64,000 nt of DNA from a bacterium. GTDB lineage: Bacteria; UBA8248; JACPRG01; G963555815. Position 1 is the stretch's first letter, and every line of letters starts with the position of its first letter. Where the stretch lies: the NCBI GenBank assembly GCA_965261595.1, contig CBDHDG010000005.1, positions 704,452-768,451 of the forward strand. The letters are read 5' to 3'. Shown here in pieces: positions 41,221 through 52,604 of the stretch. The position numbers and the translations under genes are program-made. Under the pieces are notes generated by a model that made no database searches, had not been told where the DNA came from, and saw nothing but the letters and a program-made list of their open reading frames with translations.

Positions 41221-42354
41221 TTGGGGTTTAGGGATGTTCCGGTCCACGGTGTCTCGTGGCTTTGGCCTGGTTGGCTGCCGCGGGGCCGGACTACCATGCT
41301 TGGCGGATGCGGCGGGTCCGGAAAAGGCACGTTCGCCGGGCACGTTGCAGCTTGTACAACAGGCGGGCGGCCATGGCCTGATGACACGCGGACTGAGCCA
41401 GCATATGCGGTTATCGTCTCCCCCGACGACGCCCTTGCCGACACCCTTAAACCGCGACTGCTGCACTCCGGTGCGGACCTCGACCGATGCCTGCGCTTGT
41501 GTGCCGGCGACATCCAGGGCGGAATCGAGCGGATCGCAAACACTTTGCTCCGGTCCGACGTAGACATCGCGCTTGTCGTCGTCGATATGGTCGAGGCCGG
41601 AATGCGACACGGGATGGCCGGAAACGCTGCCGGCGATGTGGCCCGCCACTTGTCCGCCTTCAACCGCCTGGCCGAACGATTAGATGCGGCCGTGCTCGTT
41701 TGTCATCACCTGAATAAATGGGTCCGCGTGAAAGTTTCAGAAGGGACACTTTCAAATCTGGTGCGCGGGTCTGGGGCGTGGACGGACGCCGTCCGCATGT
41801 TGTGGCTGATGACAGCGGACGAGAATGATAACGAAGGATCGCGAATCCTCGTGCGGGCAAAGTGCAATATCGGCGGTGTGCCCTGGCATAAGGGGGGGTA
41901 CCGTATCACCGCCAAGGACGTTCCGTATGAGGGCCAAAACGGGCGGCCTGGGCGAACCACTGTGGTCGACCGTGTGACTCCGATTACCGGCAACGCGCAT
42001 GCCATTTTCGCCGCCGCCGTGACGCCTTCTAATCCCGCCGGCCCGGTGAAGGTGGGCAAACAACACGCCGCTCGGGATGCGATTATGAAATTTCTTAAGC
42101 CCGGAACTCCCGTGCTCAAGTCTCAGGTTATCGGCGTCCTATCCGAACGCGGGCATGCGCAGCGCACGCTTGAACGCGCAGCGGATGGACTCGATTTCAA
42201 AGGAAAAATGATCGCGCGCAAGAGGTTACGGGACGAGTTTCCCGAAGCGAACAACAATTCTGTCGTTTGGGAACGACCAGAACCGCCAGCTTCGCCAGAA
42301 AAAACGAGTGAGGAAATTGGCGAAGCCGAAGGCGACTCCGATATATGGAAATAG
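41221..42354 (+). CDS. AAA_25/RepA-type (SF4-like) helicase, no primase domain
   Basis: SWLWPGWLPRG, GCGGSGKGT, LVVVD, HHLNK, RGSGAW, KCN. An in-frame stop lies just upstream, so it may be 5'-truncated. Confidence 0.75.
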   Translation: MGFRDVPVHGVSWLWPGWLPRGRTTMLGGCGGSGKGTFAGHVAACTTGGRPWPDDTRTEPAYAVIVSPDDALADTLKPRLLHSGADLDRCLRLCAGDIQGGIERIANTLLRSDVDIALVVVDMVEAGMRHGMAGNAAGDVARHLSAFNRLAERLDAAVLVCHHLNKWVRVKVSEGTLSNLVRGSGAWTDAVRMLWLMTADENDNEGSRILVRAKCNIGGVPWHKGGYRITAKDVPYEGQNGRPGRTTVVDRVTPITGNAHAIFAAAVTPSNPAGPVKVGKQHAARDAIMKFLKPGTPVLKSQVIGVLSERGHAQRTLERAADGLDFKGKMIARKRLRDEFPEANNNSVVWERPEPPASPEKTSEEIGEAEGDSDIWK

Positions 42355-42384
42355 GGTGGCAGACGGTGGCACGGGAGTATTGAC

Positions 42385-42774
42385 ATGAGAGTCCGGTGTC
42401 TCATCCTGGGGGTGGTGTGTTGTGTTCTGATCCCATCCATCGGGGCGACCCAGCAGAAGAAAAAGGAAGACGATTACAACAGGGAATTTTGCGCCCGTGT
42501 GGGAGGGAGAACCGAGGTGCGGCACGAATACACCTATCCCAACGGCAAAGGATACGTGAGAGTGGACTGTGAAACCGATACCACAGTGTACGAAGGCGGC
42601 CTGGACAAGCGGAGCAGTCTGGACAGCGTGCAACAAGCCTTGTTCTTCGCTTGGCTGACCGGCAAGAAGCCTGCTGTGGTGATTTACGCCACAGACGGAA
42701 GGGTGGGGAAATACGAGCACCGCATCGAGGTGGCGTGCGAGGCGGCGGGCGTTGAATTTTTGAGGGGCCGATAG
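42385..42774 (+). CDS. Putative exported protein with a restriction-endonuclease-like fold
   Basis: Signal peptide; E...RVDC..D...E...QQALFF...TGKKPAVVI pattern. Confidence 0.6.
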   Translation: MRVRCLILGVVCCVLIPSIGATQQKKKEDDYNREFCARVGGRTEVRHEYTYPNGKGYVRVDCETDTTVYEGGLDKRSSLDSVQQALFFAWLTGKKPAVVIYATDGRVGKYEHRIEVACEAAGVEFLRGR

Positions 42775-42793
42775 GTCCGATGCACCGCCATGT

Positions 42794-43030
42794 TTGAAAG
42801 GAGGTAAGCACGTTACCATCCGAGACCTGCGCGCCATGCAAGGCGTTCTGGACAATGACGAAGCGCTTATGGCGGGTTTGATTATTATGGACTCTCTGGG
42901 GCCAACGAAGGACGGGAATTTTCACAGGGATATGGGCGCAGGAGGGGGACCTGGAAGTTGATGGGGTCAAATACAGTCCGGACGCAGATACTGATGGTGG
43001 GAGAGATACTGGAGGGGAAGAGGACAAAGG
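42794..43030 (+). pseudogene. C-terminal Mrr-like fragment of a DNA methyltransferase fusion
   Basis: KGGKHVTIRDLRAMQGVL...AGLII...GDLEV.GVKY...QIL..GEILEGKR across frameshifts. Confidence 0.4.
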
Positions 43031-43085
43031 GTAACCACCTAAAAGCCCATAACTCATAATTCCGATTCTCTTGAGTGAGATGCAC

Positions 43086-43685
43086 TTAAGAGATCCTCCT
43101 GCCGTCTGTAGATGTCAGACGATTCGGCGACACGTTGCTCTTTGTAGATTCCCCGCCCGTTTGCTCAAACGCCTCGGTCGTCCCGTCCGGGCTCACAAGC
43201 TTGATGGTGACCTTCCGCTTCGGGGGTGTCTCGATTCCAACCTTTCCGCCATGCGCAATCCTTCGGGCAAAGGGATCAGGAAAGCGGCGCTCAAGCCACC
43301 ACATTGCGCCCTTGATACCCGGGGGGCGCTCTTCTTTGGTGATCTCCTCCATCTTGGACCCGTCTTCGAGGCGTCGGACGTGCGTTTTCGTGATCGTGGT
43401 CGATTCCAGGATCGACCGCTTGATCGCATTCAGGTATTCAACGCCGGTTTCCTGTACGGCCCGCTCGATCCGCTCAAGTAATTCGGCATATGGGGATTCC
43501 GGCTCAAGCTCCCCACGGGACCGCCATTCGATAAGTGTTTGTTCCGAAACGCCTCCGGCTCGTGCGGCATCCTTGTACGAAAGTCCGAGAGACACGGCCT
43601 CAACGATACGGTCGGCAACCTCCGGCGTCAGTTTCGTTGGCCGGCCTGCGGAGCCTCGCTTTTCTCTTGCGTCCTTGGCGCTCAT
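43086..43685 (-). CDS. Terminase small subunit-like HTH protein
   Basis: GRPTKLTPE...AARAGGVS..TL..W and AMWWLERR.P..F motifs. Confidence 0.6.
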   Translation of the reverse strand: MSAKDAREKRGSAGRPTKLTPEVADRIVEAVSLGLSYKDAARAGGVSEQTLIEWRSRGELEPESPYAELLERIERAVQETGVEYLNAIKRSILESTTITKTHVRRLEDGSKMEEITKEERPPGIKGAMWWLERRFPDPFARRIAHGGKVGIETPPKRKVTIKLVSPDGTTEAFEQTGGESTKSNVSPNRLTSTDGRRIS

Positions 43686-43887
43686 TTTCGTTCTACCTTC
43701 TTCCCTGTTCGATCCCCTTACCGTTTCACAACTGACCTACTTCAGCCGGGCCTTCACAAGATTGTAATTGTGTTCGGTGCATTTTGCACACATTCGAAGG
43801 CCGGGAGCGAAATCGTTCACAAGAGAGGTCGCGCAAGGACCCGGCAGATCGAGATTTTTCGGAAGGCAGATTGTGAGGGGTTAACAT

Positions 43888-44056
43888 CGTCCCTACCGTC
43901 CGCATCGTCCGCCGAAGGCGTCAAGGGTGCGTCCCGAAAAGGCTCGGAGGGGGGATTGGGGGTGCGGACGCAAACGGCCATTCACCGCACAAGTCCTCCG
44001 TCCGCGGAAACCCCTATGATACCTAGCTTGCGGACGCTGCGGACGATACGGACGCA
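43888..44056. repeat. Cluster of CGTCCGC/GCGGACG iteron-like repeats
   Basis: About 9 copies in both orientations, including 9-bp-period runs near 43888-43912 and 44030-44055. Confidence 0.55.
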
Positions 44057-44236
44057 AATATCCCGGCTTAATCTGGCTGTTGGAAGTTGCGGATATGAGT
44101 GCGAGAGAGGCCCCTCACCTAGCGCATAAGAATGGTGTCCGGAGGATTGGCGGGAGTTTTTCGAGGAGCGGGCCAGCATTATCGAGTTCAGTAGCGTTCA
44201 GAACCGAGCGCAGGCGGAATTGGAGGCAAAAAGCGC

Positions 44237-44782
44237 ATGACTAGGGAAAAAGCTGCTGAGCAGAAGGAGCAAATGACCATCGTCGTCAACGACAAAGAGG
44301 ATCGCAAAGGCAAGTTAAAGAGCATCGGCGGCTCTCAGTCCGATAAGTGGAACCACACACTTGTCGAACAGGTGCTGGAGACGCTCTGGATTCCTCACGA
44401 GTCGAAACGCGAGGAGCTATATCGTGCCACAGTTGCGGCGCTGATGGGCATCGCTCCACGCGACGAACTCGAAGGCATGATGGCCACCCAACTGATAGCC
44501 GCCCACCACGCCACAATGGAGTGCTACCGACTCGCCATACTCAACGGACAGACTTTTGAGGTGTGGCGCGAGAGCCTGAACCAGGCCAACAAACTCTCCC
44601 GCACTTGGGCGACGCTTCTCGACGCACTCAACAAGCATCGCGGCAAGGGCCAGCAGAAGGTGACGGTCGAGCACGTCCACTTCCATGCCGGCGGGCAGGC
44701 CGTGGTCGGAAACGTCGAAAGGTCGGGGTGGTGGCAAATCGGAGGAACAACCCCACGCAAAGCAGTCTTCAGATGCACCTGA
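44237..44782 (+). CDS. Conserved island hypothetical protein (partner of HGGxSTG proteins)
   Basis: PRDELEGMMATQ...RGKGQQKVTVEHVH..AGGQAVVGNV. Confidence 0.65.
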   Translation: MTREKAAEQKEQMTIVVNDKEDRKGKLKSIGGSQSDKWNHTLVEQVLETLWIPHESKREELYRATVAALMGIAPRDELEGMMATQLIAAHHATMECYRLAILNGQTFEVWRESLNQANKLSRTWATLLDALNKHRGKGQQKVTVEHVHFHAGGQAVVGNVERSGWWQIGGTTPRKAVFRCT

Positions 44783-45006
44783 GCCCGCGCTGCGGTGCCC
44801 GGACACGGAGGGGGGCACTTTGCAAATCACCCGCGATGGCGAACGGCCGATGCCGGATGCACGGCGGAACTTCGCCCGGCGCGCCGAGAGGCAACATCAA
44901 CGCCTATAAGCACGGGCTCTACACCGCCGAGGCCATCGCGCGGCGGCGGGAATTGGCAGCGTTGGTGCGCTCAATGCGCAGGCTCGTTCGTGAGGTGAAC
45001 GGGTAA
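44773..45006 (+). CDS. HGGxSTG domain protein
   Basis: RCGARTR.G..C...AMANGRCRMHGGTSPG..GN.NA.KHG. Confidence 0.8.
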   Translation: MHLSPRCGARTRRGALCKSPAMANGRCRMHGGTSPGAPRGNINAYKHGLYTAEAIARRRELAALVRSMRRLVREVNG

Positions 45007-45205
45007 AATAGGCATCATGTCGGCATCACTGCGAGGCGCAGGTGCGAACCGCCGCCTGGAGCAAGGTTTTCTGTGAGTGGGGCTCAGTTCAATAGCGTAA
45101 TTGTGAAGCATGGGGAATTACGCCGAATCCAATCACAGCGCAGGTCCGCCATCACGCTCCGTGTCGTATTGGCGCTCGGATGGTTCCAGGTCTCGCCATC
45201 CGCAC

Positions 45206-48200
45206 TCACCTGATCGTCTTTTCGATAAAACCGAGCGTGTTCGCATTCTCGACCAGGGTGCGAACCTTTCCGCGGTCCAGACCGCTGGGAACCTCGGCAT
45301 CGATTTCAAGCTTCAGGGACACCTCGCTGCCGGGAAGGGTGGTGAGCTGCTCGACAACGGCTTCGATGATTTGATGGATATCGCGGGCTGGGCGCTCCGC
45401 GGAGATCATCACCGTGCCGATGAAGCGTGTCGGCTTCTCCTCGATCGGTTCGGGTGGATCGGGTTCGTCGGATTTCTCGTCAGGAACTGTCTTCTCCTGG
45501 AGATCTTTCGATGGTTCCGGGGGTTGAGGGCGGTTCGCCTCCGCAACCTCCGGAGCCACGATCAGGCTTTCGCTGTCAATCACAACCTGGACACCGGCGG
45601 CATTGTCTATCGCGAGGCCCCGATAGGTGCCAGCTGACTCGTCACCGCTTTCGGCATAGGCGAACGGCCCCGGCAGCATTCCGCCGATGGCCGACGCGAC
45701 GGACCTGACGAGCACGGACCGGTCTTTCAGCCGCGGCAGGTAGGTGTAGCGATTTACATACTCCCACAGATCCTTCAGCGGGAGATGATCCTTTCCGTTC
45801 CATATGTATCGTCGGAGCTCTCGGTCGAGCCGCACCGGGCCGAGGTCGGTCAAGAGCGCTTCCTCGTCCACGAGCCGCTTGCTCGCCCGTCTCAGTATGC
45901 CGTCCTGCACCGGCACCTTGCCCGAGATCCAGGAGACTTCGGCCTTGGCGCTGTCCTGCGCCGGGTAGAGAAGGTAACACCAAGTCTCCTGTAGGCGCGC
46001 GCGTAGCGTCTCTTTCGCTTCCGCGAGCTTCGCCTTCGCCAGCGCGCTGTCGCTCTGGGTGAGGTTGAGCCGCTCCGTGTCCCGAAAGATACCCTCCCAG
46101 GCCAGGGCTCTGCGCATGCCATCCTTGAGAATGTCGATCTGCCTTGCCTCGGCAGCGAGAAACACCAGCATGTTGCGGTAGACGCGGGGTGTAGGACCAC
46201 GATTCAGCAGGATGTCCTTGGCAGCCTCCAGGGCTTCCGATTTCTCACGGCCGTTATGCGGGTGGGCCACGCCGAGCACCACCGCGCGCACACCGCCCGC
46301 TTCGTCGGGCACGTCCCCTGAGCTCCCCGGGGCCACCTGCACGGCGTCGAAGTGTCCGCGGTCTCCAAGGCCGTTGATATAGGCCGTCAGCGCCTTGTCG
46401 ATCTCGACGGCCACCAGCGCCTCCTCGATTTGCTCGGCACGGTCGGCGGCCAGCCGGTTGAGACTCGCCGACATCGAATACCAGTACCGCCCGAGGTCGC
46501 CGTGCAGGAACCGCGCTTGGTTGCCAAGGCGCCTCAGTGCATCGCCGAAAATCGCCGGACGCTCACCCGGTTGCACCACCCCTAGGTTGATCTGCTTGTC
46601 GTCGAATCCCTTGTTCTCCTGGTTGTGAACCGGGGCCGTGCCCATGAAGATCGCCCGCGCGACCCGGCGCGTCGCCGAATAGCGGTTCAGGTTGGGCGCG
46701 GATTGGTCGATCCTGTAAGGAATGGAGCCGCCGCCATCCACATCGCCTGCGATGATCGATTGCCAACTGAGATCGAGATAGTGCAGCAACTCCGGCTCTA
46801 CCCGGTCCGAGCCGACCGCAATGCTTCCCGGCATGATCATCACCGATGGGTCGTTGGTCATCCACAGCTCGTGAATCGCCTGCGCCATCAGCCGCAACAC
46901 GCCGCGGGTGCGCTGGAACCGCTCCAGCGAGCCCCAGCTCGTATAAAGCTGGTCGAAGAGTTCCGGATGGATGGGGTAGGCCTTTTCCATCTTGCGGCGG
47001 TAGTCCTCATCGGCCGAGCCGCGCGGGAATTCGTTCGCATTGTCGCGGTAGAGCTTGGCGTACTGCTTCAGCGTGTTGTCGCGGTGGTGGTATCTGTCAC
47101 CGGGAATCTCCTTGAACAGGCGGCGGCGAACGATCTCGTAGCTTTCTTCCTGGGATGCAGGGCGCCAGGATGATTCGACGCGAGAGAAGGTCTGCTTCAG
47201 CCGGGTCAGTGCCTCGGCCCCGCCTTCTCCTCCCACCTCGATCTGCGAGGCTGGGAGAGCCGCCACGAGCACGGTTCCGGGACTGGCCTTGACCGCCTCG
47301 GTCAAGGACTGGACAAAACTCAGGTTGGCGTCGAACGAGCCGGCGGGGAGTCCATCCGTTCTGTAGATTTGACGGAGATAGGCCACCCATTCGTCGATCA
47401 GGATGAGGCAGGGCGCGCAGTCCCTGAAGATGGCCTCGAGAAGATGGGAGCCGGGCGCGATTCCCTTGGCGTCGTTTTCGGCTATCGCGTCGAAGGCCGC
47501 AGGTCCGCCCAATTGCCAGGCCATCTCGCCCCAGGTCGTGCGGATTTCCCTTCCTCCCTCGCACGAGAGCGTGTCCTGTGGACCGCGAGACGTACCGACC
47601 ATCACCGCGCGGTTGATCCCCGTTGGCAAGGACATGCTGTGCCCTGATAGAAGCTGGTCGAGTCCCGGCAGATCCTGCGTGGACGTTCCACCCGCCATGT
47701 GGTAGAGCGCCAGCATGGAATGGGTCTTGCCGCCGCCGAAGTTGGTCTGAAGCTCCATTACGGGGTCGCCGCCCGCCCCGGATAAACGCTTCGCCGCGCT
47801 CACCAGAAGCGCGGAGAGGCCGTCCGTCAGATAGGTTCGGCTGAAGAACTCTTGCGGATTCAAGTATTCAGACGGGGCGCTACCGGCGTGTACCTTGCCG
47901 AGATCGGCGGCGAACTCCGCTTGCTGGAACTCGCCCGTGGCGACGTCCTCGTGCGGCTCGACTACTTCCCTCCAAGGTAGCAGGCCGCCCGCTGCCTCGA
48001 CGGAGATCTGGTGCCCTTTTGTCCCACGGCGTTCTTCGTTCCGCCTAAGCTCCGCGAACTTCGTGCGCAGGATGGTCTCGCGCATTTTGCCGAGTCGCCC
48101 TGCGGCATCGCTGGCGCCGATCGCCTCCGTCAGACGGCGCATGGAATCCAGCGCGCGCTCGGCGTCGTCGTAGTTGAAGGTTTTGTTGTGCGAGAGCCTG

Positions 48201-48478
48201 TTGCGCACGTCGAGCAGTTCGTTGACGATTGCGCGCTCCGCCCGTCCCAGAACTGCACCGAAAGCATCTCCCCAGTGGCGGTTCATGGCGTGGAGCAGTC
48301 CCGATTGATCCCAGGCGATGTTGCCGCTGGCATCTGGCCGCAGGCGGGACTCCTCGGCCACCTGCACCTGCCAATGGCCCACCAAGGCGCTTTCCAGCCG
48401 CTTTTCAACAAATGGCGTCAATGCCTCGGGCAGAACCTCCATACCGTCGAAAACGATTTGGCGCGCGCTCTTGGCCAT
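45206..48478 (-). CDS. Swt1-like HEPN domain + DUF499 AAA+ ATPase
   Basis: N-terminal RNRLSH (Rx4H), PWREVVEPHEDV, EFAADL, TNFGGGKTH, ILIDE, AYPIHP, FQRTRGVLR. Confidence 0.9.
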   Translation of the reverse strand: MAKSARQIVFDGMEVLPEALTPFVEKRLESALVGHWQVQVAEESRLRPDASGNIAWDQSGLLHAMNRHWGDAFGAVLGRAERAIVNELLDVRNRLSHNKTFNYDDAERALDSMRRLTEAIGASDAAGRLGKMRETILRTKFAELRRNEERRGTKGHQISVEAAGGLLPWREVVEPHEDVATGEFQQAEFAADLGKVHAGSAPSEYLNPQEFFSRTYLTDGLSALLVSAAKRLSGAGGDPVMELQTNFGGGKTHSMLALYHMAGGTSTQDLPGLDQLLSGHSMSLPTGINRAVMVGTSRGPQDTLSCEGGREIRTTWGEMAWQLGGPAAFDAIAENDAKGIAPGSHLLEAIFRDCAPCLILIDEWVAYLRQIYRTDGLPAGSFDANLSFVQSLTEAVKASPGTVLVAALPASQIEVGGEGGAEALTRLKQTFSRVESSWRPASQEESYEIVRRRLFKEIPGDRYHHRDNTLKQYAKLYRDNANEFPRGSADEDYRRKMEKAYPIHPELFDQLYTSWGSLERFQRTRGVLRLMAQAIHELWMTNDPSVMIMPGSIAVGSDRVEPELLHYLDLSWQSIIAGDVDGGGSIPYRIDQSAPNLNRYSATRRVARAIFMGTAPVHNQENKGFDDKQINLGVVQPGERPAIFGDALRRLGNQARFLHGDLGRYWYSMSASLNRLAADRAEQIEEALVAVEIDKALTAYINGLGDRGHFDAVQVAPGSSGDVPDEAGGVRAVVLGVAHPHNGREKSEALEAAKDILLNRGPTPRVYRNMLVFLAAEARQIDILKDGMRRALAWEGIFRDTERLNLTQSDSALAKAKLAEAKETLRARLQETWCYLLYPAQDSAKAEVSWISGKVPVQDGILRRASKRLVDEEALLTDLGPVRLDRELRRYIWNGKDHLPLKDLWEYVNRYTYLPRLKDRSVLVRSVASAIGGMLPGPFAYAESGDESAGTYRGLAIDNAAGVQVVIDSESLIVAPEVAEANRPQPPEPSKDLQEKTVPDEKSDEPDPPEPIEEKPTRFIGTVMISAERPARDIHQIIEAVVEQLTTLPGSEVSLKLEIDAEVPSGLDRGKVRTLVENANTLGFIEKTIR

Positions 48479-49652
48479 CCCCTACCTCCCTTCTCAAATG
48501 TCCAATACGCCTTGCAGGTCGCCGCGTGTGTCGTGGATCGCCGCCGCCTGCCGGGTCAATTCCGACCAGACGGCAATCAAGCCGTTCCATGAGGCCGCCT
48601 CGGCCGCATCCTTGCGCTTGTTGGCCGCGATATCGTAGAGGCAATAGGCCAGATCCCGCGCCGCATCGGCATATCCAGGGCCTATCTTCTTCAAAAGCAT
48701 GGCGGACCCGCTCTCGCCATCATGTTCAAGCGTGCGGACCAGATGCTGGCTGCATTCCCAGACCGTGAGATGCGTATCCTCCGCCGGGTCCCAGTTCGGG
48801 TCGATCTCGTCACGCTTCAGGATGCGGACCTTTCCGCCGGAAGCCTTCACAATCCCGGCATGCTGCACGCTCTCCACCGAGATGCCCCGGGCCGTGGCAA
48901 TGCTGTTCGCCGCTCCGAAATCACTTTCCCCCGTGCCATGTTGCTCGAACCAGGTGAGGGCGAAGCGCGTCTCGGCATCGAACTCGCCCTGGATGCCGCC
49001 CAGATATTCATCTAGTTCGCGATTGATGAGCTGCAGCGCGGTCTTCACGGGCATGGGAGTGTCGGCGGCTTCGAGGACGGCCTGACAGCGGCTGAAAACG
49101 GCCATGCCTGGTCCGATAGCCGCTTGCGGCATGTCGGCGGGTGTAATGTTCGATTCTTTGAGCGTTTTAATAGCTGGCGGGAGTTCCAGCTTGAGCGCTC
49201 GGATGAATTCCGCGCGGCTGAGGGTTTCAGCGCTGTCGTCCCGTTTGCGGCAGACGAGGACTACTGAGTTGGCCAGGGCGTTCACATTCTTCTTGAGATT
49301 TCCGGTCAATTCACTTCGGATAGGCCATGTGCCGACGACGGCATAACCCGCATCAATGACGGCATGGAGAAAGGTCGCCCAGCCAGTTGAGCTAATACCA
49401 TCCTGTTTAACTTCACTCTGCTTGAAGGCATACCAGATAGTTGCGGGAAAATCGCCTGATGATTGCTGTATCATATTGGTGATGGCCATCGACATACCGT
49501 CCAAGAAAAATCTCTCGGCCTCCGCCTTGCTACCATGGCGATAAGGACTGGCAACAAGTTCTTCCGTTTTAGGTGTCGCCAGCATGTCAAAAAGGTCTGG
49601 GTAAACTAAGCGCAGAGGAGGTTTCAGCCAACAGAAGAAGAAATCCGAGAGA

Positions 49653-49693
<41 letters not shown>

Positions 49694-49961
49694 AATTACT
49701 ATATGCTCTGGATAAGAAGCGGTTTGTGCTTCCTGTTGACCTACCGACCCTTTGCATCCCAACCCTAACTTGACAATGACGTTCGTCAGGTAATCGAGTT
49801 GGCCCAGAAAATTACCGCTGGAGTTGCTGAATGGATTACCCTCACAAAAATCCCAGACCATGGGTAATGCCTGACGAGCAAATACTTGTTGGACATTCTG
49901 TCCGCCTGAGTCCCAAAAATTCAGCGATGACTGCCGATTGGCGAGCCGACCGACATTTAAT

Positions 49962-52604
49962 CCCGCATTTCCCATATGGATGATAATTTTTAACGCCCCG
50001 AAGGCCGTTTTCTCGTGTAAAATCAAGGTGTTGGCCTCTCCCTGCCATCATCTTGCGAGGGGACCCGATGGGTGAAGCGAAAAAGAGGCCGTTGAGGCTC
50101 CAATTCGACGGTCGGCTCATGCTGGAGTTTCACGGAGCAAAGGTTACGAGTGACGCCGGTTTGCTTGCCTATCGTGAACTGGATGAGGTGTTGGGGCTGA
50201 CGAAGGCGGCCGAGGGGTTTCTGTCCGATTCACGGACGGGCGGGAACACCCGGCACAGCCTCACCGCTTTGGTGCGCCAGTCGGTCTACAGCCGCCTGGC
50301 AGGATATAAAGACACCAATGATGCCGAGCGGCTCTGTGTCGATCCCGCCATGCGTCAGGTGGTTGGGGGGCGAGCGAAGTATCACACCGCTGCCTCCACC
50401 AGCCAGATGAGCCGATTCGAGACGCAGACCCTCACCCGGCCCCTTAACCCCTCAAGGCGCTGAGCGGTCTGCCCGGTGTGTTGGTGGATCGTGTCCGCAA
50501 ACGCAAGCCGATTCGCAAGCTGATCCTGGACATGGACAGTTCGGTCAGCCCGACCCACGGTGAGCAGGAAGGCTCTTCCTACAACGGCCACTTCGGCTGC
50601 ACCTGCTATCACCCACTGTTTTGCTTCAACCAGTTTGGCGATCTGGAGCGGGCGCTGTTGCGCAACGGCAAGGTCCACAGCGCTGATGACTGGTGGTCTG
50701 TATTGGAGCCGGTGGTAGCTCGCTACCGGGATGCGAAGGTCTGTCGGTTTTTTCGAGGCGACGCGGCATTTGCCAAGCCGGAGGTGTACCGATACCTTGA
50801 GGCGGAGGGCTACTCCTATGCGATTCGGCTTCCGGCCAACGCCATCTTGTACAGGGACATCGAATGCCTTCTGACCCGGCCGGTTGGCCGACCGCCCAAA
50901 AGGCCCATTATCCCGCATTTCCCATATGGATGATAATTTTTAACGCCCCGAAGGCCGTTTTCTCGTGTAAAATCAAGGTGTTGGCCTCTCCCTGCCATCA
51001 TCTTGCGAGGGGACCCGATGGGTGAAGCGAAAAAGAGGCCGTTGAGGCTCCAATTCGACGGTCGGCTCAGGCTGGAGTTTCACGGAGCAAAGGTTACGAG
51101 TGACGCCGGTTTGCTTGCCTATCGTGAACTGGATGAGGTGTTGGGGCTGACGAAGGCGGCCGAGGGGTTTCTGTCCGATTCACGGACGGGCGGGAACACC
51201 CGGCACAGCCTCACCGCTTTGGTGCGCCAGTCGGTCTACAGCCGCCTGGCAGGATATAAAGACACCAATGATGCCGAGCGGCTCTGTGTCGATCCCGCCA
51301 TGCGTCAGGTGGTTGGGGGGCGAGCGAAGTATCACACCGCTGCCTCCACCAGCCAGATGAGCCGATTCGAGACGCAGACCCTCACCCGGCCCCTTAACCT
51401 CAAGGCGCTGAGCGGTCTGCCCGGTGTGTTGGTGGATCGTGTCCGCAAACGCAAGCCGATTCGCAAGCTGATCCTGGACATGGACAGTTCGGTCAGCCCG
51501 ACCCACGGTGAGCAGGAAGGCTCTTCCTACAACGGCCACTTCGGCTGCACCTGCTATCACCCACTGTTTTGCTTCAACCAGTTTGGCGATCTGGAGCGGG
51601 CGCTGTTGCGCAACGGCAAGGTCCACAGCGCTGATGACTGGTGGTCTGTATTGGAGCCGGTGGTAGCTCGCTACCGGGATGCGAAGGTCTGTCGGTTTTT
51701 TCGAGGCGACGCGGCATTTGCCAAGCCGGAGGTGTACCGATACCTTGAGGCGGAGGGCTACTCCTATGCGATTTGGCTTCCGGCCAACGCCATCTTGTAC
51801 AGGGACATCGAATGCCTTCTGACCCGGCCGGTTGGCCGACCGCCCAAAAGGCCCATTATCTTCTACCACAGCGTCTCCTATCAGGCGGCTAGTTGGGAGA
51901 AGCCTCGCCGGGTGGTGGTGGCGGTCGAGTGGCACCAGGGCGAGTTGTTTCCAAGAGTCAGCTTCATCGTGACCAACCTGCACTGGCGGGAAGAGAACGT
52001 CGTGAGGTTCTACAACCAGCGTGGGACGGCGGAGCAGTGGATCAAGGAGGGCAAGTACGCCCTGAACTGGACGCGCCTGTCCTGCCACGGCTTTGAAGAG
52101 AACCAGGTCCGCTTGCAACTATTTGCCTTGGCGTACAACCTGGCAAACTTCCTGCGGCGGCTGGCGTTGCCCAGAGCGGTGAAGCACTGGTCGCTGACGA
52201 CGTTACGCGAGAAGCTGATTAAGATTGGGGCCAAGGTGGTCACCCACGCCCGGCACACCACCTTCCAGATGGCCGAGGTGGCCGTGCCGCGTCAACTGTT
52301 CAGGGCAATCCTTGAACGAATTCGACGGTTGTGGTTACCGCCTCCCGTACCAGATACCGGATGACGGAGCAGATGGCCCGGAAGCTTAGTGACGTGGTGG
52401 AGACGGGGGATCAGTCTGTGCCGAACTCCCCTGAGTGTGCCGGTAGAGCTGGGTTTTCAAGGGATTGCGGCTTTAGGACGGCCGTTGCCCCTCGATTGAG
52501 CAGAGGGTTCTGCAAAGAGACCCTGAATCTGTAGTAAAATGGGGTACTTTGATGACACAGGAGGACCGCAGGATGGCTAAGAGTGGTCATCTGGGAAATC
52601 CCGG
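49962..52604 (+). mobile_element. IS1380 composite: partial copy (49962-50911) fused to a complete copy (50912-52604)
   Basis: IRL CCCGCATTTCCCATAT at 49962 and 50912, IRR ATCTGGGAAATCCCGG ending 52604, 5-bp TSD TTAAT (49957-61 and 52605-09). Confidence 0.9.
51018..52364 (+). CDS. IS1380 transposase (intact ORF)
   Basis: MGEAKK..., [27 protein letters not shown]. Confidence 0.9.
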   Translation: MGEAKKRPLRLQFDGRLRLEFHGAKVTSDAGLLAYRELDEVLGLTKAAEGFLSDSRTGGNTRHSLTALVRQSVYSRLAGYKDTNDAERLCVDPAMRQVVGGRAKYHTAASTSQMSRFETQTLTRPLNLKALSGLPGVLVDRVRKRKPIRKLILDMDSSVSPTHGEQEGSSYNGHFGCTCYHPLFCFNQFGDLERALLRNGKVHSADDWWSVLEPVVARYRDAKVCRFFRGDAAFAKPEVYRYLEAEGYSYAIWLPANAILYRDIECLLTRPVGRPPKRPIIFYHSVSYQAASWEKPRRVVVAVEWHQGELFPRVSFIVTNLHWREENVVRFYNQRGTAEQWIKEGKYALNWTRLSCHGFEENQVRLQLFALAYNLANFLRRLALPRAVKHWSLTTLREKLIKIGAKVVTHARHTTFQMAEVAVPRQLFRAILERIRRLWLPPPVPDTG

